Assembly (NCBI GenBank): GCA_012295275.1
Contig: CM022672.1
Span: 1,116,001 to 1,180,000 of the forward strand
Length of the DNA: 64,000 nt
Direction: 5' to 3'
Source of the DNA: Chrysomallon squamiferum
Lineage: Eukaryota > Animalia > Mollusca
This document shows positions 54,176-64,000 of this stretch, piece after piece. Position numbers and translations under genes: made by a program. The notes below the pieces were generated by a model that saw only the letters and a list, made by a program, of their open reading frames with translations, searched no databases and was not told the DNA's origin. The number at the start of each line of letters is the position of its first letter. Positions within the stretch are counted from its first letter, which is position 1.

Positions 54176-54257
54176 ATGTGGGTCGTCGACTTCGTTAAAT
54201 CTATCGTCCGAGAAATTTCAACATTCGTTCAGTTTAAAGAGGAAATCGTTCTTTTCC
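54176..54257 (+). CDS. Candidate first coding exon of an unidentified gene continuing beyond the window
   Basis: gaaaATG (A at -3), open frame MWVVDFVKSIVREISTFVQFKEEIVLF, and a consensus donor C|GTAAGT (phase 1). It sits in a CpG-rich, non-repetitive block (53880-54420). Confidence 0.5.
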
Positions 54258-55102
54258 GTAAGTGAACGTGGCGGAAAAATACGGAAATTTTCGTTACAGA
54301 ATGATTTTACAGTTACGTTCCATAATTATATATACGAGAAGTGAAGGTTGTGTCGAATGTTTTCGTTTAATTTGAAGCTTATTCGAATGTTTTTATTTGA
54401 TCAGATATTTTGATCGAAAGCTGAAAGTAAGTTATTGAAACGTAATTTAAATAAACACAAAGAAAATCGGAAAGAAACTAAGATTATCACCTCTTGTTTG
54501 TTGTTATTTTTGTTTCATTTCTTTATTAAGATATTCCACGGAGTTTGTTTTATCACTGGACTTACTCAGATGGATTTAAATTTGAATAAACATATGTTTC
54601 TGAAAAAAAGGACAAAGACAACTTACTCACCACATTGATGAAGTTGGTAGTTAATCTGTAATGTGTATTTTTGTATGATATTACTTGTATTCAAAAAAAC
54701 GCTGTTTTCGTTACTCAAACTAATAACTTTGGATTTAGTTTAAGTCTGTGTCTAGACAGACAGCTGAGGAAATCTAATTTGATTTGATCTTACTTCGGTT
54801 ACTGCATTTCTTATGAAGTAGATTTTGTGAGTGTGCGTGTGCATGTGTGTATTTGTCTATGTGTGCATATCTTTGTGTATTTGCGCGTGCGCGTGTGTGA
54901 ATTTGTGTATTTATGAGTTTGTGTTTGTTTGTGATGCGTTCTATATTATATTAATTATGTTATGGATCTAAGATTATGAAACAATTAAAGTGGAAAATAT
55001 GCTGTTTACTGGAATAAATCTGTGTTATGTTTATTTCTAAAGTATAAAAAAACATGCTGCTACGAAGAACCATTACCACTAACTCCTTCACCACCCTAAC
55101 AA

Positions 55103-55124
55103 CAGCAGCAGCAGCAGCAGCAGC

Positions 55125-55184
<60 letters not shown>

Positions 55185-55291
55185 AATAATAATAATAATA
55201 TCACAACCAGTATAAGACCTTCTGATTATAAATATTAAAATTCTGAAATAATTTTATAATTTTATTTTATAAAAATAATTTCAGCAGCAGC

Positions 55292-55370
<79 letters not shown>

Positions 55371-55460
55371 TCACAACCAGTATAAGACCTTCTGATTATA
55401 AATATTAAAATTTTCAGAAATAATTTTATAATTTTATTTTCACTAAATTAATAATTTCAG
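55103..55460. repeat. Tandem duplication of about 170-180 bp containing a (CAG)(CAA)(TAA) microsatellite plus unique sequence
   Basis: ATCACAACCAGTATAAGACCTTCTGATTATAAATATTAAAATT occurs identically at 55200 and 55370. Confidence 0.9.
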
Positions 55461-55554
55461 TTATACTGTAACTTAAATTTAAAATCTAGGAGTAACAGTT
55501 TTCAAAATGTGTATAATATATATGCTTCTGCATGTATGTGTATGTGTGTATGTT

Positions 55555-55590
<36 letters not shown>

Positions 55591-56447
55591 AACACACACA
55601 CACACACACGCCCATAACCGAATCGAAATTACACACACACACAAAATATCGAAACAAGCATGATAAAAACAGAAATGATAACTAAGTGGACAAATGTAAG
55701 ATTAACACAATGCGAAGAAAAGAAAAAACAGAAAAAAGTTAAGTAACATGAATAACAATAAGACACCATCACCAAAAAAAAAAAAATAAAAAAAAAAAAA
55801 AAAAAAAAATAAATAAATAACTAACAAACAAGCAAATTAAAAAAACCGAAAGGAAATACAACCCCCCAACAAGAAACCAAAAAAAAAAAACAACAAAATA
55901 ATAATAATAAAAAGAAAAAAAGAGAATAAAAAAGAACAACAACAACAAAACAATGAAAAAGAACAGTTAAAAAAAAAAGAATTCCAAGATATCACAGACG
56001 ACATAAAAGTCTTATTTCATTATTATCTGATATGGAATAAAGTAACTCTGTCAGGAAGAGATGTGATGAATGTTAATGGCTTTTATCTGAAAACAAAAAA
56101 GTGCAACAAACGAAATGTGACGAAGAAAGGCGACCACAGAGAAAAGACACAGTGGTAAGTTTGCCGACAACAGAAACATCCAGTGTTTCAGTCTACGCAA
56201 ACATCTTTGTCTTTTAATGAATATAGCTTCTTTGCAAGGCGCTAACAGTTTCAATTATTTTATTTTTTATTTATTTATTTATTTATTTATTTATTTTTTT
56301 GCCTTAACTTTTCTAATTATTTGTTCTTATTTTTCGTTTTATATATTTATTTATGTATACATTTATTATTATTATTTTTTCATTGTGTTTTTCTTTCCTT
56401 CCTTCATTCCTTTTCCATTTTCGGTAAATCATTGGTGAAGGTATCCG

Positions 56448-57721
56448 TGCACTCAATACATAAGTAACTGAATCATCAGTGAATGTAAGCATGCACTCAA
56501 TACATAAGTAACTGAATCATCAGTGAATGTAAGCATGCACTCAATACATAAGTAACTGAATCATCAGTGAATGTAAGCATGCACTCAATACATAAGTAAC
56601 TGAATCATCAGTGAATGTAAGCATGCACTCAATACATAAGTAACTGAATCATCAGTGAATGTAAGCATGCACTCAATACATAAGTAACTGAATCATCAGT
56701 GAATGTAAGCATGCACTCAATACATAAGTAACTGAATCATCAGTGAATGTAAGCATGCACTCAATACATAAGTAACTGAATCATCAGTGAATGTAAGCAT
56801 GCACTCAATATATAAGTAACTGAATCATCAGTGAATGTAAGCATGCACTCAATACATAAGTAACTGAATCATATAAGTAACTGAGCGGATGTAAGCATGC
56901 ACTCAATGTATAAGTAACTGAAATCGGATAAGCATGCACTCAATGTATAAGTAACTGAATCATCAGCGGATGTAAGCATGCACTCAATATATAAGTAAAT
57001 GAATCATCAGCGGATGTAAGCATGCACTCAATGTATAAGTAACTGAATCATCAGCGGATGTAAGCATGCACTCAATGTATAAGTAACTGAATCATCAGCG
57101 GATGTAAGCATGCACTCAATATATAAGTAAATGAATCATCAGCGGATGTAAGCATGCACTCAATGTATAAGTAACTGAATCATCAGCGGATGTAAGCATG
57201 CACTCAATACATAAGTAACTGAATCATCAGTGAATGTAAGCATGCACTCAATACATAAGTAACTGAATCATCAGCGGATGTAAGCATGCACTCAATATAT
57301 AAGTAACTGAATCATCAGCGGATGTAAGCATGCACTCAATGTATAAGTAAATGAATCATCAGTGAATGTAAGCATGCACTCAATACATAAGTAAATGAAT
57401 CATCAGTGAATGTAAGCATGCACTCAATACATAAGTAAATGAATCATCAGTGAATGTAAGCATGCACTCAATACATAAGTAAATGAATCATCAGTGAATG
57501 TAAGCATGCACTCAATATATAAGTAATTGAATCATCAGTGAATGTAAGCATGCACTCAATATATAAGTAACTGAATCATCAGTGAATGTAAGCATGCACT
57601 CAATACATAAGTAAATGAATCATCAGTGAATGTAAGCATGCACTCAATATATAAGTAAATGAATCATCAGTGAATGTAAGCATGTACTCAATACATAAAT
57701 AACTGAATCATCAGTGAATGT
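56448..57721. repeat. 44-bp minisatellite, about 29 copies
   Basis: Unit TGCACTCAATACATAAGTAACTGAATCATCAGTGAATGTAAGCA, head to tail with no spacers. Confidence 0.97.
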
Positions 57722-58199
57722 TACCACATGAATCTTCAAGTCCAAATCAGGCCTGCTTGAATCTTCGGTAAAATCTTTTTAAAATTGATGAGTGAATGAA
57801 TGCAGGATTAACAACGGTCAACAACAAACCTAATTATGATTGCTGTAATTGTTGTTTTTTTTTGTTTTTTTTTCGCTATACATACTCATTCCGTCACTCG
57901 CCCACATACCAGTCGACTATGAGCGGGCTGCTGACTAAATAGGTTAATTATCAGTTTAGTGTGTCATACTAACACTGATGCAGAATGCATTAACATGACG
58001 CTACAGACGATGACGTCTATAATTATGTTCACTCAGAAATTGCTTGTCTCGACCGTAACGTCGGCTTTAGACTGCTTCTGTTTCCATGACAGAATAATTA
58101 ACTTTAGGCGGGAAGAAAGAAAAGGAAAGAAAACGAAATAGACAGAATTAAGACGACGGAGAAGGACAGGGCGAGGGAGAGAATGCATGAGTGATTGAG

Positions 58200-58201
<2 letters not shown>

Positions 58202-58288
<87 letters not shown>
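58202..58288. repeat. (AG)n microsatellite
   Basis: Seen directly. Confidence 0.95.
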
Positions 58289-58293
<5 letters not shown>

Positions 58294-58450
58294 CAACTGG
58301 ATTTCGTGTGTCCTTATGGTTACAAAGCTGTGAAAGAAAATATAGATAGACGGAAAGACTGATGGATGGATATAGAGATAGTCATATATATATACACACA
58401 TACATACATTTACTGTAATAATAACTAAAAGACACGTATCAGTCACTGAA

Positions 58451-58604
<154 letters not shown>

Positions 58605-58799
58605 GTATGTCTGTCTGTCCTTGTCTCTCCCTCTGTCTCTTTCTCTTAGATAACACTTTATGAAATTAGAGCACCAGTTCGATTCAACACATAATTTTAT
58701 ACTAAAATCAACCACAAAGATCATCATATGAATACCACAACAGCAGTATTAAACAATATTATTTTTACCTCTGTTTTCATAATTACATTTTACAGAATA

Positions 58800-59121
58800 C
58801 AAAGCTCGGATGTTGCAAACCCGTAGAATCATCGTCTGGTGGCTAAAACAGGTTCGGCTGGATGAAATGGTAAATCAGCGAGAGTGTGCTGAAAATGAAG
58901 GCATCGAAATACCCGGATGTTTCAAACGACGATAAAGTATATCAAATAAGCAGATATTATTGGATGATCTTGCGGCTGTGCTAAAACTGGATGTTCCAAG
59001 CCAAGCCAAATACGTCGTCCATTAAAAATGTATCCCTATATTTTTTTCATGCCTGTGTAAAAACCGGATATCCCAAGCTTTGACAATGCATATTCTAGTG
59101 AAAATACATTATTGTTATTGA

Positions 59122-59168
<47 letters not shown>

Positions 59169-59260
59169 TTTTTTGGCGTCTCCCGGCCAGCCAATGGGTA
59201 GTCTGCTCAGCTGATCTTATTGTTTCTAGCGGCTGTGTAAAAACTGGACTTGAAAACGTC
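58800..59260. repeat. Degenerate repeat GGCTGTGYTAAAACYGGATRTTCCAAGC
   Basis: Clear copies at about 58972, 59051 and 59229, with partial copies at about 58803, 58840 and 58910. Confidence 0.55.
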
Positions 59261-59673
59261 TCCTAACAAGAAACAGTTTGGAGCGAGTGATATGATAAAC
59301 TAGGAGAGTGTACTCAAAACAAAGGCCGAGTCGGCTTAATTCAATTAGACAACTAGTAGCTGTTGAACACGCTTCATTCTTCTCCTTTGTCTCAGCTCGG
59401 AGGGACTTGGGGACGTGTACGGCAACGTCCCCGGTGTCATTTAGAGCTAATTCGATTTGCTCATTCCATGCAGAGCTGAACTAATCACTCGCAAACTCGC
59501 TTGGGGGATAGACATTTACGCTGACAATCAAATTCAATTACGATATGTTGTCTGAATTATTATTATTATTAATATTTTTTATATTATCTTGGATGCTTTT
59601 TTTAACATTTAGAAGTAAAAACAAGTGTAAATGGTATATAATAATGATGATGATGATAATAATGATGATGATG

Positions 59674-59715
<42 letters not shown>

Positions 59716-60876
59716 GGGGAAACTGGGGACGGATGAGCCATTTTTGAGTTATTTGGCCATTTCACCCAAACCTTGATAGCTGCTGATAGAAAAACTTTTG
59801 ATGCTTATAGAGGAATTATTGCTCTCAATTACAACATAGAGTTTGATAGCTGTCTTCGACAACATCGTTATGGGAGACACTAATGTAAAAGGGCCGTGAT
59901 TGCTCATCGGACCCCAGGGTGAGGGACCAGTGAGCCACCCATTTGAATCCCCTAGGGCCATGATCTCGAAAGAGAAACTAGCTCGAAACAATACACATGT
60001 AAAAAAAAAAAAAAATTCTGTTTTATTTCCCGTCATAAATTTCATTTGAGATGCACATGCTGTAATAAACTTAGTGGAAAATTACATTTTCAACACACTG
60101 ACTTCAGTCTAGGACATACTGACTCAGTCTCCATGGTTTCAGTGTAGTTTCAAGAGTCCTAAACTAATGCTGAATCATTCTGAACACTGAACCCATCAAA
60201 ACTGACACCTTTTGTCTTTTGGTAGTTGGCACAACAAGTTCAGGAAGTACACCCAAAATCAAATCTGCCTCAGCTGAGTTTATTTCTTCCTGGACAGGCT
60301 CAGTGAATGCACGTGACATAGTGAGTCTGGGAAATTTTCTCAGAAAGTGGACTTCATAGTCCCTATCGTCATTTTTTGGTTGTGTCATTACACCGATGCA
60401 GTGAACAATGCTGTTCATTAGCTCTGCTGAGAAACGATCTTCCGTTCTTTCTTTTTAGGTTTTCTTTTTGTACCAGACACAGCACTCTTGTCAGTCCTGA
60501 AGAAAAGTAATGCCAGTAATTAATTATCTATCAAATAATATTGATTGTATAGCTATATATTCCTCTGAAATGCAGTGGGATCATTTAGTTAGCCCAGTGT
60601 ACCAGAGAACCAGATGGCGTATCGACTAAAACTGTATTTAGAAGTCAAAATAAATTACAAACAAAAAAACACAAACCTTTACAGGATATTTGAAATAACT
60701 ATTATCACCTCAATATTAAACTGTAACCAAAACACACACATAAAAGCTCTCTAAACAATATGGGTGCAGGTCACAAGTATAGTAGTTGCATTAATGGTGG
60801 AGAGGTGTCACTACCATTTTGAGTCAGGAGTTTATGTGTGGCTCAAAGGTTCCCATGGTTCATCTATCCCCAGTTT
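59716..60876 (-). mobile_element. Non-autonomous pogo-like DNA transposon (internal deletion derivative) with a remnant of the transposase C-terminal domain
   Basis: Left TA|GGGGAAACTGGGGACGGATGAGCCAT pairs with right ATGGTTCATCTATCCCCAGTTT (60855-60876, 19/22 inverted match). The internal minus ORF 60164-60418 (IGV...DYEVHFLRK...FTEPVQEEI...LPE...TTKRQ) resembles the C-terminal module of invertebrate DNA-transposon proteins. Confidence 0.75.
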
Positions 60877-60921
60877 AAATAATAATAATAATAATAAAAA
60901 AAAAAATAAAATAAATAAATA

Positions 60922-60987
<66 letters not shown>

Positions 60988-61025
60988 TATTATTATTATT
61001 ATTATAATTATTATAATTATAACAA
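60877..61025. repeat. (AAT)n/(ATT)n microsatellite
   Basis: Seen directly. Confidence 0.9.
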
Positions 61026-61219
61026 TGATGATGACAATAAATAAAACTTGATAAAATGATAAAGAAAAAAATGAACTCGGTAATGTCACTTATGATAATT
61101 ATTTAACTTCAGAAATAAAACATTTTTCTATTTGTCATGTTGTTTTTACACCTGCTCGCGTTTTTGTAATAAAAAATTAAAAAAGAAAAAAGAAAAGCTA
61201 TTAGTATGGCAAATTTAAT

Positions 61220-61224
<5 letters not shown>

Positions 61225-61265
<41 letters not shown>

Positions 61266-61600
61266 TGTTTGTGTTTGTGTTTGTGTGTGTATGTGTGTAT
61301 GTGTTTTTGTGTGTGTGTATATGTTTGTATGTGTGTGTGTATGTCTGTGTGTGTTTGTATGTGTTTGTGTGTATGTGTGTGTAGTTGTGTGTATGTGTGT
61401 GTATTTGTGTGTATGTGTGTGTGATATTGTGTGTTGATGTGTGTGTGTATGTGAGTGTGTTTGTATATGTGTGTGTATGTGTGTTTGTATATGTGTGTGT
61501 ATGTGTGTGTGTGTGTATGTGTACGTGTGTGTATGTCTAGCTGTATTTGTGTTCATGTGTGTGTGTATTTGTATGTGTGTGTGTGTGTTTGTGTGTGCGT
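61225..61600. repeat. Imperfect (GT)n microsatellite
   Basis: Seen directly. Confidence 0.95.
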
Positions 61601-61953
61601 GATTAGATTTAGGCTTGTTGTTTCTACATAGCTTATCTACATGTGTTTATTCATTATCTTAATTTTATGAGTAATTGTTCAACTCATTGTATTATTTATT
61701 AAGTTTTTTTATAATTATTTTTTATTTATTTATTTATGTTTGTTGTCGTTGTTGTTGTCTATTTTAATTAATAAATTGATTTGATTTGAATTATGTAAAT
61801 AATAGTTTTTGTTTCCTGTTTTTCTCTGAATGATGTACATCAATTGGAAATGTAATACAATTTAAGCAGTATGTTCGCATGTGTGTGTGTGTGTGTGTAT
61901 GTGTGTGTGTGTACATATATGTAAGAATATAAAGAGAAAAAAGGAAAAAAGAG

Positions 61954-62341
61954 AGAAGTGTAGTTTGGCGGAAATGTTACTAAAATTTAATATCTGTGAA
62001 TCTATGGAGTGATCGGAACGTTAATAATTTTGACGTCTAATGGACGTTTAAATCGTTTTTAGTCATTTCAGTTTTATCATATTTACGAAGTAAAAAAGAA
62101 TCGATATGAAAATTTAAAATCCAGCATGCTTTTTTTTCAACCTATCTCATTTTTTTTCAATTTTTTATTTTGGCAATTTATTTATATGGAAATCGGGTCG
62201 TAACACATTTAATTTTTTTTTTTTTTGGAAACTGGAAAAGAAGTACAGTTTTGCGGAAATGCCACCAAAATTTAATGTGAGTGGAACCTTCTGTAATTTT
62301 TATTTCATCTAATGGAAGTTTACGCTGATTTCAGTTATTTA
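61954..62341. repeat. Old diverged direct duplication (two copies of about 100-115 bp, about 285 bp apart)
   Basis: AGAAGTGTAGTTTGGCGGAAATGTTACTAAAATTTAAT...TCTAATGGACGTTTA versus AGAAGTACAGTTTTGCGGAAATGCCACCAAAATTTAAT...TCTAATGGAAGTTTA. Confidence 0.7.
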
Positions 62342-63904
62342 TAGAACTGATCTCTAGCTTCATTATAACAAGTCTATTTTAACAAATCTCTAAGTCATGT
62401 AATTTTGAATTTACTTTTTTAGTGTATTTGTTTCTGTAAAAGTCACAGAAATAAAAACCGATATCAGCGATAAAATTAAGGGCGTTTGGAAAATAAAACA
62501 TGAAAACTGATAAAGAAATATCGGCTTAAAAATGAACGCAGACAGAACAATAAACATGAAATCTGGAAATAAAACAATAAAAACAGACACATGGATACGA
62601 GTACACACTTACAGAGGAAACGGCTGGTGTCCTCTTTCATCATCAGTGTTGTTTTTTCTTGCACACACAGATCTAATAATCATCTTTCTGTTTTTACATA
62701 AATATTTATATTTGAAAATACAGCTGTCAAAGCGTAGGCAGTACTCAGTCTTTTGATTACGCCATAGATTCACAAAATGTATTTTACAAATCGCCAGCTT
62801 CTTTCTTTTTTATCGGTAAATTTTTGGCTAAAGGGATTGCGTTAAAAACTTCGTTTTAAAATTAAGTGTTATGACGACAAGCCAGTGTTTATTAAGCAGT
62901 AGAACAAATTTTAATTGTGCCATTTAAGCTATCTTCCGTTCCAGCAAGAACTCTACCGTTAAACGACCGAAGGAGACATGTAAAATATCTTTATCATTAT
63001 TAATAAAAAGAAAATGTTTCTCGTGGAGTTCCACTTACTTTTATTTTCATTAAATAAAGAAATCACGCTTGACATTTAGTAATATTTAATATTAAAATGT
63101 ATTTAAGTATTTTTAAAACATATTTTATTATACAATGTTTATCTATTTACAGGTCTTAATTAAAATTTAAAAAAAGGCATTGTATCTGTCAGTGATACCT
63201 ACATTTGTGAAAACAGAGTACAGAACTGATTCAAGTGCGAACTCTGTAGTGAAATTAAGCAGCCAGGTCATCACTCAGTAACTGTGGTCACGTCACAGGA
63301 TGACCAGTACTTGTTTAGACGACTCTGGCCCAGTTAATTATCTCCCGAGAAAGACCAGACTGTCAGCTGCAGTGGACAGTTATGTCTGGTCAAGAGAGAG
63401 AAAGACGTCGATGACGTTACGCTGTCGATTAAGGTTAACGGGACATCATTGCGCTCAAATTAATGATGTCACAGTAGCCGCTGTCGAGCAATAGGATTCT
63501 CTCTAGAGAAATTTCAACTGATGGATTCGGAGAGGAACTATTTTTGTTTTAGCCTCGTGCCAGCCCGCAGCCTGAGGCTGTTGTTACGTGAAGAGTTCTC
63601 CAAGTGAAGCGTATTCCAGAATGATCACCCGTAGCTTACTTGTACGACTGAATCACGTGACTTGATTCAGTAGATTCTGTTGGATTATCAGTTTAGTTGA
63701 TCTATTTATAGGTTATACAAATGTCGTTGCGTAAGTAATTATAGAAACTATGGTGATGGAATGATGACTGTTTGTATGACAGATAATTAAAATCAGAGTC
63801 TTAACCAGTTTTACTGTTATTTTTTACTTTAAGAAAACTATATTTTGGAAGGTTTTTCCGAGATTCGAACCTCAAACAGAAACCTTTACTAGCACTGTCA
63901 GTGT

Positions 63905-63906
<2 letters not shown>

Positions 63907-63943
<37 letters not shown>

Positions 63944-63995
63944 CACACACACACACACACATACACACACACATACACACACACATACTTACACA
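63907..63995. repeat. (CA)n microsatellite
   Basis: Seen directly. Confidence 0.95.
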
Positions 63996-64000
63996 CTCAT

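Noticed and set aside
56448-57721. CRISPR-like regular repeat
   Set aside because: Units are contiguous with no unique spacers, there are no cas genes and the context is eukaryotic. It is a minisatellite.
58796-58934. Possible second exon for the 54176 candidate (tttacag|AATACAAAG..., open in phase 1)
   Set aside because: It overlaps a degenerate repeat, has weak donors and gives an unrecognisable peptide.

Overview
AT-rich, microsatellite-dense eukaryotic (animal) DNA. It is probably molluscan: decayed SINE copies resemble, from memory and unverified, a peltospirid gastropod family. The left half holds two intron-rich genes arranged head to head around a short CpG-rich promoter at about 26.2-26.4 kb. 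One is a complete 23-exon exocyst subunit gene EXOC6/Sec15 (minus strand, 8423-26234, 821 aa by my splicing). The other is a 7-exon type II thioesterase OLAH/TEII-like gene (plus strand, 27307-31742, 253 aa). Manual splicing also shows a candidate 30-nt in-frame EXOC6 microexon with a UGC next to the acceptor, a KRRAPPPP-NPF motif in the Sec15 variable loop, an 85-codon open frame after the stop, and a repeated AAAUGGC motif in the putative 3' UTR. Mobile DNA includes a Ginger/KRBA2-like transposon remnant, a perfect TA-flanked MITE, a pogo-like deletion derivative, SINE fragments and a 29-copy 44-bp minisatellite. The right half (beyond about 34 kb) retains CpG and looks like regulatory DNA, with a candidate first coding exon of an unidentified gene at 54176-54257. 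No rRNA, tRNA or CRISPR array was found, and most entries in the ORF track are microsatellite artefacts.
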